NCBI GenBank assembly: GCA_025786725.1
Contig: JAHLTZ010000050.1
Span: 1 to 64,000, forward strand
From: Syncephalis fuscata S228
Lineage: Eukaryota; Fungi; Zoopagomycota
DNA length: 64,000 bases
Reading direction: 5' to 3'
Positions 37,000-50,365 of the stretch are shown here, one piece after another. Position 1 is the stretch's first letter. The number at the start of each line of letters is the position of its first letter. Made by a program: the position numbers and the translations under genes. Under the pieces are notes generated by a model that saw only the letters and a program-made list of their open reading frames with translations, was not told where the DNA came from and made no database searches.

Positions 37000-39626
37000 A
37001 TGAAGCTTTCCATTGCCGTCGTTTGCACCATTGTCGTGGCTCTTGTGGCCAGTACAGCCATCGTGGATGCTAAACCAGCCTTAGTTCGTCGTGGTATGTT
37101 GCAATAACAATAAATATGCCATAGTATCTGCTTATTAATAGTATTGCTAACTAATAATGCTATTAGATCGTAAGTTGTACTGTATATTAGCTAATGACTC
37201 ATTAATTATATTCATGCACTATGTGTATCAACAACTTAATACTAATAGTTAGTAAGTTCTATTATATACCAATAAATTATACACTAATTATACGTCATGT
37301 ACTGTATCAATTGACAACTTAATATTAGATAGCTGTAAGTTATATTGTATATTGGTTGATTGCTCACTAATTGCATGCTATGGACTATGTGTATCAACAA
37401 ATTAATACTAATAGGCAGTAAGTGATATTGTATATTGATGACTTATAAATTAAGTATATATCATGTATTGCGTACATCGATAACTTAATATAATAGATGG
37501 TAAGTTGTATTGTGTATTAAATGACTATAAACTAATTATATATTATGTGTTGCATGTATCAATGACTTAATATTAGACCAATGTAAATTATATTGTATAT
37601 TGATTGTACACTGGCTAATTATATATTATGCGTTGTATGTATCAATAACTTAATAATAATAGGCAGTAAGTAGCATTGTATATTAACTGACTATGTACTA
37701 ACCACGTGTTATGCATAATATATATCAACAACTTAATACTAATAGGTAGTAAGTGATATTGTATATTGCTGACTTATGAATTAATTGTATACCATGTATT
37801 GTGCGTATCAACAACTTGATATAATAGCTGGTAAGTTATATTGTATGAACCAATTGTTCGCTAATTATACCATATACCGTGTTTATCAAAAAATTAATTA
37901 TATAGAATGTAAGCTATATTATATATTAACTGACCATTCACTAATTACGTGTTATGTATTGTATACATTAACAATTTAATATTAATAGGTGGTAAGTTGT
38001 ATTGTATATTAACTGACTATACATTAATTATGCTATTTACTAATTGTACCAATTACCTAATATTAATAGGGGTAAGTTGTATTGTATATTAACTGACTAT
38101 ACATTAACTATGCTATTTACTAATTGTACCAATTACCTAATATTAATAGGTGGTAAGCTGTATTGTATATTAAATTACTATACATTAACTATGTTATTTA
38201 CTGATGGTACCAATTGTTTAATATTAATAGTCTGTAAGTTGTATTGTATATTAACTGACTATACATTGACTATGTTATTCACTAATTGTATCTATTGTTT
38301 AATATTAATAGTCCGTAAGTGTATCGTATATTAACTGACTATAAATTAACTATGCTATTTACTGATGGTACCAATTATTTAATATTAATAGTGTGTACGT
38401 GATATTGTATATTAACTGACTATACATTAACTATGCTATTTACTGATAATACCAATTGTTTAATACTAATAGACAGTAAGTTGTATTGTATATTAAATAA
38501 CTATATATTAGCTATGCTATTTACTAATTGTACATAATGTTTAATATTAATAGAAAGTAAGTTGTATTGTATATTAACTGGCTATACATTAATTATATAT
38601 TATGTACTGTATGCATCAACAACTTAATATAATAGGATGTAAGTTGTATTGTATATTAACTGACCATACATTAAATATGTTATTTACTGATTGTACTTAT
38701 TATTTAATATTAATAGGTCGTAAGTTGTATTGTATATTAACTGACTATGCATTAACTATGTTATTTACTAATTGTGCCAACTATTTAATATTAATAGTCT
38801 GTAAGTTGTATTGTATATTAACTGACTATACATTAACTATGCTATTTACTGATGGTACCAATTGTTTAATATTAATAGGGGGTAAGTGGTATTTTATATC
38901 AACTGACTATACACTAATTATATATTATACATAATATATATCAACAACTTAATATAATAGGTTGTAAGTAGTATTGTATATTAATTGACTATATATTAAT
39001 TACATTCCATTTACTAATGCATCAACAAATTAACATTAATAGGTCGTAAGTTGTGTTGCATACTAACTGAATATATATTAATTATATACCATGTATTTTA
39101 TTCATCAATAATTTAATATTAATAGACAGTAAGGTATATTGTATATTAACCAACCATTTACTAACCACATGCTATTTAATGTATCCATCAACAACTTAAT
39201 ATTAATAGACAGTAAGTTGAGTTGTATACCAATAGAACATGCGCTAATTATATACTGTGGACTGTATCCACCAACAACTTAATATTAATAGCATGTAAGT
39301 GGTATTGTATATTAATTGATTACTTACTAATTACATGTTATGCATCATGTGTATCAACAACCTAATACTAATAGGTCGTAAGTAGCATTTTATATTGGTT
39401 GATAACCCACTAATCACATGTTATGCATCATGTGTATCCATAACTTAATACTAATAGGCAGTAAGTAGCATTTTATATTGATTAATTACTCACTAATTAC
39501 ATGTTATGCACCATGTGTATCAATAACTTAATATCAATAGTCAGTAAGTAATATTGTATATTGATGGCTTATACACTAATTATATAACACGTACTATTTT
39601 TATTTATAAATGCAGATAATCCATAA
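37000..39626 (+). CDS. Micro-exon gene A: secreted Cys-rich prepropeptide encoded by a leader exon, 30 micro-exons (27 of 3 nt, two of 6 nt, one of 2 nt) and an 11-nt terminal coding exon
   Basis: Exon 1 (37000-37093) encodes MKLSIAVVCTIVVALVASTAIVDAKPALVRR+G. It is followed by 31 introns of ~73-83 nt (GTAAGT...TAATAG) flanking exons ATC,TTA,ATAGCT,GCA,ATG,ACCAAT,GCA,GTA,CTG,AAT,GTG,GG,GTG,TCT,TCC,TGT,ACA,AAA,GAT,GTC,TCT,GGG,GTT,GTC,ACA,ACA,CAT,GTC,GCA,TCA, then ATAATCCATAA. The product is DLNSCNDQCSTEC(G)GVFLYKRCLWGCHNTCRINNP*. Confidence 0.85.
37094..39615 (+). repeat. Tandem array of ~81-bp intron+micro-exon units
   Basis: Consensus gtaagttgtattgtatattaactgactatacattaactatgctatttactaattgtaccaattatttaatattaatagNNN. 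Confidence 0.95.
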
Positions 39627-41189
39627 GCATAAGGACATTAGCATTGGTAGTGCAATCGAACCACTATTCCAATACAATTTAGGTATATATTCGGTGAAAA
39701 GCAAGACCATTTGACAATTACGCCGTCCAGTCTATTTATATATCAAGTTTTGGCCAATGCTCCGGTTTATCCAGTCTTTAATCAATGGAATCATTATGTT
39801 ACCAACATGTTTGCATCTAGTTGCCTCTATTCAACTGTGCAAGCTTATAGTAATAAATCTATGGTTCCATCTTAGCTATATACAATCAAATTGCTATATC
39901 TATAACCATGTTCTATTTGCATTCAATAATGACAATTATCAATCAAATAGTTAAATTAATAACAAAATGTGTATAATTATATCGCCTAAGCTATAGGCAT
40001 AGATTGGTATGGATAGTAGTAAAGCTATCATTATCATATAGCCCAATAATAGTATGCTGAAATTAGAATAAATACGCTTTTTAATAAAACATGACAATAA
40101 AGCATACAATATTATAAAACAAAATAAATAGACAAAACGAATACGTGAATAGTAATACAAAACTATACTGTATGCAATTAGCCAATAGTAATGAACGAAA
40201 TGGATCAAAATCTGCTAAAAGAATACAGTTAGCAATAAACTTTTAGCTTTTATTAATATAATTTCTACAATTTACAATATTAATGATATAGACGGACATA
40301 TAGTATGTGTATACAAGACAGATATGTACAGTACAACAATAATGATAAATAAATAGCTTAATAACCAATGACACTCAACAGCCAGTTTCATCTTCAATAA
40401 AGCGGATATTTTGTTTAAATGTGTGGCTATTATAGCTATTTAACTGCCAAATCACACTAAACAACCAATAGCTGCTTAATATTGTGGAAAAAGTGATCTT
40501 TATTTAGTTAATAAAAATATCATAAGATTTGATACAAATCAAGTGGTTTAAATGATCCGTCACAGCACCCTTTAAGCTTCTTTCGCCATGTTCCACACTC
40601 TTTTAAATTAGAACATTGAAGCGACTACTGCGACATTTAAAATGAACGTTACGAGTAGATTGTTTAGTTTATCAATGACAAATGTCATGTTGACGGTTTT
40701 ATTTTGCACATCTTCACTCTTGCTTGATACACCAACTAATTAATTTAAGTTGATCAAAGCAATAACACTTTTATGTAATTCGAAATTATTTATTGCTATA
40801 TCTGATATTTAAAATACTCTAAACCAATCTAATCTTATTTGTTGGTTAGATTTAAATCTAAAATATTTATTAATTAAACATTTTTGTTTGCATTACATTT
40901 ATTTATTTTGATAGTTGCTTCATTAGTAGTTTGTATTTATTCAATAAAAACGTTTATTTCAACATTAAATACTGTTCCAACACAATTAGTGCTAATCTTT
41001 ACATAGCATGTTTTTGTATGTATTTTGAATTGCATTTGCCACAAATATATTGTTAAAGCTTTTAACAAATAAAACATGATTAGCTTTTCAAATTCCCCTA
41101 TTTTGCCTTGAATTTCATATTTGAGTCCTCAAAGCAAAATGGCTTAATTGAAAACATGCTGTTATGTACAAGAAACATAGTTACAATAT

Positions 41190-41825
41190 TTTCATTTACT
41201 TTCTTTGAAACATTGAGGCCAATCGTTATTATTGTGACCATGTGTAGAAAGATTGATTGAATATTAATAGAATTCACATCGTTGCAATTCCACATTGTTC
41301 CGCAGTTATTGTTGTTATTACCACGTACAGTGTGGCTTATTGCGTCTGAATGGTCTCTTCTATTTTCCAATCTTCTACTGTTGCATTTGGGCATATTTGC
41401 AATGTAAGATACTCGTCTATGGTGACAAAAAGGTAGGACGACTAGCGTTTCTGATGTTCATCATTGTCTTAAGTATTCTTAGCATCAACTTGGTAGATGC
41501 AGACTCTTTGCCGCCATTGATAAGCAAATCCCTCCACCGTATGCAATAATGATATTTGAGTGTTTTCACCAGAAAGATCTTGTGGTGACAGTTGTAGCCA
41601 GAATATACGGCATGCCGTTGAGGTTGCTTGAACAGGTGTTGATGTAAATAAAAGAAATAAAGACTAAGGATTGAATAGTGTTTTTATTGATGTTCAAATA
41701 CACATGCTATTTATATTGCTATATTCAACATTATTGTATGATATATTACTGAATAAAACGATAAGATAACAATAAGAATAAGGAAGTAAAATAAGTAAAC
41801 AAAAAATATTGAAGTCAAAGTAAAA
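41190..41825 (+). repeat. Partial fourth copy of the distal upstream segment (~0.6 kb)
   Basis: Matches 33150-33785, 60000-60600 and, inverted, 1575-2200. Confidence 0.85.
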
Positions 41826-42332
41826 TAGCTTACTAATGTTAAATAATTTATCAGTAAACTTATATGATTCAGTGTCAAAAGATCAAAATCAACATCTTTT
41901 ACTTGATTGAACTACACGTTTGTTGTTCTACTAAACATGGAACTGGGTGGTGAGTAATATTAAATATTAAACTATAACGCTTTTGAATACTTTACAACAA
42001 TAATAATATGGATTATCATTTATTTATTACTATCATTTACCTATTCATTATATTTTATTGTAAGTAACATGAAATACTGTTTAACATTTATTAACACTAA
42101 TATCAAATATTAAAAATAGTGCTGATTAATTAAGACTGATTAATTCAATCAAAGTTGATATGGCACTGCTTCAATAAATAACGCTTTTAATATTAAAAAC
42201 TGATCGACGGTTTATTATTTGAGTTATAAATTTTTTGTCCCTAGTTTAACCTATAAGGCATAAAGTAGAATAGTTTCGTATTAATAATTCAAATTATATT
42301 AAGTATTTTACAGCTCCAATTGCGTAAAATAA

Positions 42333-42866
42333 TTAGGTGTTTTCCAATTTTTCAATACGTTGTAATAGCAAAGTACGCTCTTTTCGCCACTGCTGTTCAG
42401 CATCCAATTGCTGATTTCGCTGTTGTTTCAATTCTTGTTGCATTTCTTCTACTAATAGTTGTTGTGCACTAGTACTATATTTTTTTCTTCATGCTCTTTA
42501 CGAACCATATTCTCAAGCTCTTTAATACGTTGTTGTGCCCGATCTAAAGCTTTCGATGCCTCTTCTAACTCGCCTTCCTCGCACGTCATATCGACACGAT
42601 AGCGTTCAAGTAAATCATCAAGTTCTTTTTGCTTATCAAATTGCTGTTGACTTAGTTGATTCTCCAACTCTTTAATACGCTCTTGTAAGTAATCATTTGA
42701 CTGTACATTTTCAATACTGCTAGATAATGTCTCCAAAGGTAGCTCATCTATATTACTTAGCAAAGTATTAAGCAGCAATTGACATGAACGTAGTGTATTA
42801 ATGGATACTGTTCCACTACTGTTAACTATTTCGTCAATTTTCTCTTTTAATTCTATTACTCGCGCC
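42333..42866 (-). pseudogene. 3' exon or remnant of a coiled-coil protein gene
   Basis: Heptad-rich E/Q/K/L reading frame (LQERIKELENQL..AQQRIKELE..LLQRIEKLENT*) after a TAG acceptor, with one frame break. No upstream exons were recognised. Confidence 0.4.
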
Positions 42867-44189
42867 TATGATCAAATTAAATAACTTTAGTTATCAAGTA
42901 TATTCAACCTACATCAGTAGCCGAAATGGATTGTAGCGCCATTAGTACTATCCTAAAACCGATTGCTATATACCAATATCTGTATTTCTAATTCAATCGA
43001 GTCATAAAAGTACAATACAAGCTGCTGTGTGTTTAATTTACACTATATAATAATCGACCAACAAATGATACTAACAAATATAGTTATGCGAATAATTAAA
43101 AGATGTATTAGTAATACTGAAAGAATATTTATAAATTACAACTGTTTCCTTGGCAACAAACAATACATATATTGCTTATAATAAATATCGATTTAGATTC
43201 AATTTTACTTTAATCCAAAGCAAAATTCATTCCAATGGAAATTTGCGGCTATACACAGCACAATTATATTGCTTTCTATTAAAATGCTGTCAATAAATTA
43301 ATTTAAATAAAGAATGTAACGGGGCTATTGGACTTTGAGACCCATGGCTCCAAAATGGGGACAAAGGACAAAATATAATTAAATAAAATAAAGATCAAGA
43401 TTAATAAATGATTTAAAGTAATGAGCCATCGTGTACACATCAGCTACCCATAGAATGACATGTAATAAACCAATAGTAGTGCGTCATCATGGTTGATACC
43501 ATTGCCGTGCCTTCAACGTATCAGCATGTCTGATGAAACCAATGAAATAACCAACAGCAGGATTGATTGTATCCATTTTTAACTGCGTTGGGTAAGCTGC
43601 TTATACCCGTTATTTCATTGGTTAATCACTACATTGGATATATGTGCGCGTATGTGTTTGTGTACAGAACAGATCCATAGCCACGCAAAGTCTATCAATG
43701 TTTTACTGGTCTACGTGTCGCTCGCTCTTCCTTTCTTCCTTGTCTTTTTCCTTTATTCTCCAGTTTATAATCTTCGTGGTGATTGAAGTGGAATTGAATG
43801 TAAATAAACTGTAAATTGTTTTCGAAAAAAAATAACGTGTGCACACAATTATAATGATTCAGGCTTGTTAAAATGAATACATTTTATTTATTTATATAGC
43901 TAGTAATTCGTTGCTTTGCCTTTTAAAAATGTTACATAGCGGTAATTTTAAATAGTAGCCCATTTAAAATACTTTTTTGCCAATGCTGTCATTTATTGAT
44001 GGCATGTTTTATGAATATACTTAATTTTATGTAATTGATTTTATTCTTTGTTTTATTTTACCACTTCAACAATTCCCTCATCTGTACTTCAATTTGTTTA
44101 TAGTCTTTACATGTATAATGTCATTCGATCTATGACTTATATAATCATATCATATATATATAATCTCATTTATTAATTAAATAAAGATG

Positions 44190-44865
44190 ATATTTAATAA
44201 CATTCAAATCTATTAAACATGATGATGGGTGGTGGGTGGCATCACTCATCAAATACTCATTATTGTAGATTTATTATCCAATATGCATATATTCAGTACA
44301 CATGTATACTCTATTCATCTATATCATTCTCATTCTATATTCACTCAGCCTTCCTCTATCCAAAACTGTTTTTATTTTTGTTGTAGCTTTTTATTCATAA
44401 ATTCACTAATATCATTTATTGATTATTCATATAGATTTAATAACTTTAACATAGCTAATCGCCATTTCACAATGTATATTCATTATATTGCACATCATTT
44501 TATTGTCTAGTAAATACGCACCAGCTATTTCGGTTGTTCTTTTAGCTTTAGAGCTATTATTATAAATATCGACTTATTCACCTCATTCATTTAGTAAGCT
44601 ATATGTAATTGCAACCTATAACAATATGATGTATTCAGCATAGCATAGAATTATATATATATATATTAGTATAGGCGTGCATTGTTAATGATATAGGTAT
44701 ATAGAGGATACATGCATACTGGATAATAATCTACAATAATGAGTAGTTTGATCACTAATGTCATTTATCATCCATCATCATGTTTAATAGAACGAATGTA
44801 TAGTTCAACTGCATAAAAGTTATCAAGTTTAGTTATTTAACACCAAACTACATTTAAATATTAAT
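44190..44865. mobile_element. MITE-family element with both inverted ends
   Basis: 44195-44305 is an imperfect reverse complement of 44710-44830. Same family as 20420-20985. Confidence 0.6.
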
Positions 44866-45041
44866 GCACAATAAAATATTTTAAGAAATAAATAGCCATA
44901 AGACATTTATTAAATAGCAATGTGGTCATCCACAGCGGTATATAAACACAAGGTTACAATGAAAAGACGGAAAGCGAAGGAAGTGTAGAGAAAGGCTAGA
45001 CAAACGATACAACAACAAAATCTATCTTATAACATGTATAA

Positions 45042-46773
45042 CTACAGTGTAATGGTAGTTGACAATTGAGAGCTATTGGTCTTGTTGTGATCGTTATTGG
45101 CAATGGTAATTAGAATTTGAGCGGCTTCCATTAACTGAACCTGTTGATGCTTTGTCAATAGTAAGCGGCTAACTGACGACCAGTGCTCATGATGTTCCCA
45201 ACGGTGTTTGCCTAGACAGCCAGGGTGCTTGTATAGCTTACCACAGTCTGGACAGGCAAACCGACCCATCATACTATGTGCTGTCATGGTAGATAATGTA
45301 TTTGTTGTTGTTGTAGCAGTACTACTACTACTAGTAGTAGTTAATCCGGTCTTTGTGGTAGCTATAGTAGTAGCACTGGTATTGTTTGCATCGACTGAAC
45401 GTGCAACACGGTCATTTGAAATAGATGAGGCCGATGACTGGGCCTAGAAAATGAAGCATGGGCACGAGTCGATGCAGATAGTGGCAAATCATCGTCGAGT
45501 GTAAGTGTCGACATAAATGTGCTGGCTGACAAATCTCGTCGATGTTGTGGTCGATGCTGAGTTGATACGGCGGAAGACGACGAAACATGACGACGATGCG
45601 TCCATTTCTCACCTTCTATCACTGGTGATGATACAGCTGATGCAGCATCCATTGCTGTACAAGGACCAGGTGTAGTTATCAGAGGACTGGTGGTCGCCGA
45701 TGATACTACGGAAGGCGATGAAAGATCATAGGACGGTGCCGATCGATAATTCACACTGAACGTATGCTGGTCATTGGAAGTCGGTGGCGGTGAAGGCGGT
45801 GTGACTGGATGCTGCGACTGATTCATCGACAAAGCAGACACATGACTTGCTTTCTTCGTCTCTTCCAATATACTGTCTACTTCATAGTGACGCGTCTTCT
45901 TAATCTGATGGTCCTCTGGCAACGATGAAGAAGATGGCAAGAACGACGACGATGAAGACAGGGGATTGGGCGATTTAGGCTGAGCTGATACTGGACTGGC
46001 CAATCCACCATTGGACACAGATAGGCCAGATCCATAGGCGGAAGCACGTTGGTGCAGTGGCAGATCCGATCCGGATGTATGCACAGCCGTGTTGGTGTTG
46101 GTGGTCACTGTGGGTCGTTTCCGCTTTGACTGTGAGTTAGGCGGTGTAAATAGCGGTGACTGTTGAACCGATGGTGTATACTGGCTACTGGTATTCGGTC
46201 CTAGCATAATACCTAGACCGGCAGCCATAACAGCCAAACTTACGTCACCATCGTCATCTTCATCGTTATCATTGTCGTGTGCGTTACAATGACCATTGAT
46301 ATAGCTATCGCCTAATCTATCACTGCTGGCCAGTGAAGTGGCACGGGTTGGTAGCATGGGTGGATAATAGGCAGCCGTTGACGCAGAGGCCATCGTCGGA
46401 GTAACACGTGACTGGGCCCAAGCGGCTAATGGCATCGAACTAAAGTCGGGAGAAGCTTCGCGTGGATTATTTAACAATGGTGCTTCTGGCTCTAGCGATG
46501 CTGTATCCATAGACCATGCTACTGACGTGGACCGTCGCCCATGTCCATCGATGGGGGCGAGTGTTGATGACCAGGTGTCCGTCTTGACGCCATTCGTTCA
46601 CTCGATAGCACCGATGCCGGCGATGGAGGTGGTGCACCCGCAAGCAACTCGTTGAGTGATGGCAATCGAGTACTTAAAAAGCCATGCTCATTGGCCATAG
46701 AGGGTGCACCAACATACTCGGAAGGATAGGAACGACTTGAAGAAACAATATCAGAGGAAAAGGTCGTCATCAT
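45042..46773 (-). CDS. Fungal single C2H2 zinc-finger protein with a long disordered N-terminus (two probable frameshifts)
   Basis: FACPDCGKLYKHPGCLGKHRWEH..W...SRLLLTKHQQVQLMEAAQIL is a conserved fungal motif. There are three abutting minus-strand ORFs. Confidence 0.8.
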
Positions 46774-47254
46774 AATAATTGATGGTGACGGCGATAAGCG
46801 TGTCGGAATGCCAATAAAGACTATAAAAGGAAATTACCATTCAAGGCAATCAACAGCCACTGGGGGTCTAGAATAAAGAATGGATATGAATTAGAACTCA
46901 GTTTTATATTTAATAAAGTGAATATTATATTAGACGCGGTATAGCGTAGATTACACATAATAAATAAGGGCACTTATACACACACAGTATATAACATATA
47001 GTATACAGTATACAGTCTATCATCGCTGGATATCATGTACTTACATAGTGATATCGACGATATCTTTTGGTTTAATAAATGAAATAGCAAGAGAATAAAC
47101 ACACAGACAAACAAACAGATAAGAGGAAAAATGAAATAGTTGAACAAGCAGTGATAGATAATGAACGATAGCGTGAGGAGAAAAAGAAAGTGTTGGTGCT
47201 GTTGTAGCTACTGTTGTTGTGGCAGTGTCGCGAGTAGAAAAGAATAAGGAGGAG

Positions 47255-47870
47255 AGAAGAAGAAGAAGAAGAAGAATGTGGTGTTAACAACAAAGTGGAT
47301 GGTTTTTAGTTGGCGCAACAGTCGAGGGAATGTGTGGCATTGGTGGGTCAGGCGGGGAAACAAGGGAGCTGTTTAAAGAAAGAGGTCGACAAGGATCGGA
47401 TGGTTGAAAATGGGAAATCAGGAGGAAGGAAGACTACAGAGAATGTGTGTGTGTGTGTGTGAGGAGTAAGGAAGAAAAGTGACAGACAAATAGACAGACA
47501 GACAGAAAGGATTAAAGGCAAGAATAATTTTCTATTTGTTATTACACCCAAAAAAAGGAATGAGGCGGGGAATGGAAGACTAAAGAAACCGGACAGGCAT
47601 TAACAAATAGGTGGTGCATGTGTGTCTATGTGGATGTATGTATGTATGTATGTATGTGAATGAGTGAGTGTGGCAGTATAATGATATGGATGATATTCAT
47701 CACATAGTATGTCATTAATATGGTGTATGTATGTATATGATAGATACAGTGTATAAATGTATGATAGTGTGTGCGTGTATATGGTATAAACACATGCATG
47801 TGAATGAATACAAAAAGAATACACTCCAGTTTGTATATGTGTGTGTGGTGTGTGTGTGTGTGTGTGTCAA
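47255..47870. repeat. Microsatellite cluster (GAA)n, (GT)n, (GACA)n, (TATG)n
   Basis: Directly visible simple repeats upstream of the zinc-finger gene. Confidence 0.85.
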
Positions 47871-49050
47871 GGACCCTCATTTCTTCGCATCACTATAATT
47901 AACAGCTGTGATCATGGCACCAACTCGTTATCGACCTGTCTTCCATGCCCTTTAGCATGCGTAAATGTAAGTGTAGTGTAATAAAACATATAGAAAAGGT
48001 GTTAGTACCACGTCAATTGGTCGGTCTGTTTCTTTCTAGGCCACATACTACATAAGGAAAAGGGGAATCCAATGCTTAGGATAGGCTGTTCTAAGCATTG
48101 TTCGTTGTTCTTTCTTTCTTCCTACCATAACACAGAAATAGAATAGCGTTTAAATCTACAAATTGTAACTGTGATTAGTATTGTATAAATTATTAATGAT
48201 TGTACAGTTTAATAATGTTGTTTTAACCAAATAAACATGTGTTCTTTCTTTTTTTGCTATAATAAAACAATAGCTGCTGTGTAGTGGCCATTCTGTACGC
48301 ATTTACACCTACTCGAATCGATAGGCGTAGATATGCAACAAATACGCACAACCATGAGTTGGATGAATGTAAATGTGCTGTTGAGCATTGCTTACTGCAG
48401 TTACGAGCATTGATATGCGGCTATTACTGCTGCTGCTGCTGTTGCTGTTATCTACATTATCAAAAGTATCTTATTCATGCTTACTCCTTATTGCCATGCA
48501 TCACGGCAAAGGAAGCGATCTATCATTTGGCTTTTCACCATATCACACTACCCAGTATGGATGGTAATATGATGTGGCTGTCGCTTTAGCACCAATGGCT
48601 GAATGGCCAATGAGGACCATTTTAGGTTAAAAAAGGTTGCTATCAATTAAAAGGCGGGCCATCTGCGTTGTGACCGCATTGGGCAGTTGAAACGCCGCTA
48701 TAGACAGAGAGTGTGTGACATCCATCACATCATCAATTAGTGTTGATTGGATCAGTGGAAGGAAGGAAAGAGAGAAAGAAGGAAAGAAAGAGTGTAATGT
48801 GTGTGGTACAATAATGGCCATGGATTTGTGTTAGGAGAAAACACTTTTACGCTGCGTGTTACACACTATGAATAGAGCGATAAAGTAGCCACGCTGAAGT
48901 GTTGTTGTTAAGAGAGAGAGAGAGGAGAGGAGAGAAAGAGAAGAAAAAGGTCCACACAGTCACAATTCACTATGTATATTAGTATGGTATTAATGAATCG
49001 TAACGGGCTTTTCTTTTCTTTTTTCTATTTCTATTGTTGTAGTTATTAGT

Positions 49051-50068
<1,018 letters not shown>

Positions 50069-50365
50069 TATAAACTATAATTACAACTCTAACTATTTTA
50101 TCAAATGATTTATGCTGTATATATTGAATATTGATGTTGCAAGCCATTTACATAGTTTGTAAATTAATTGCGGTTTTTAAATAGTAATACACTAGACATT
50201 TGCATTAATAAATTAATTAAAACTACTAGAAAGGTCACGACTATTCTTAACAACACGTTTTAATACACAAAGATTGAATAAAAATATACAGACTTTTCTC
50301 TTGTAGTTCAATCGTATATATTAAGCTATTTACTTGACAGATTCCTGTTTCTGCTTTGTTGTACT

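Noticed and set aside
37329-37334. Alternative 2-nt exon CT using the downstream AG at 37331-37332
   Set aside because: The 6-nt exon ATAGCT keeps frame and the Cys pattern in both paralogues, and parallels the other 6-nt exon ACCAAT.
38044-38934. ORFs 38044-38334 and 38602-38934 (also 63673-63966) encoding a 27-aa 'KLYCILTDYTLTMLFTNC' repeat protein
   Set aside because: These are read-through of the 81-bp intron+exon unit. They are interrupted by stops, and the conserved positions are splice signals rather than codons.
37094-39615. CRISPR array or plain satellite interpretation of the tandem repeat
   Set aside because: The context is eukaryotic with no cas genes, the variable part is only 3 nt and is bounded by AG/GT, and the triplets join into a coherent Cys-patterned ORF.
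39700-41100. Hydrophobic ORF 39951-40208 and neighbours
   Set aside because: Very AT-rich sequence readily gives such ORFs, and there is no recognisable motif or splice structure.
47072-47880. Short His/Thr- or Leu/Ser-rich ORFs
   Set aside because: Translations of microsatellites.
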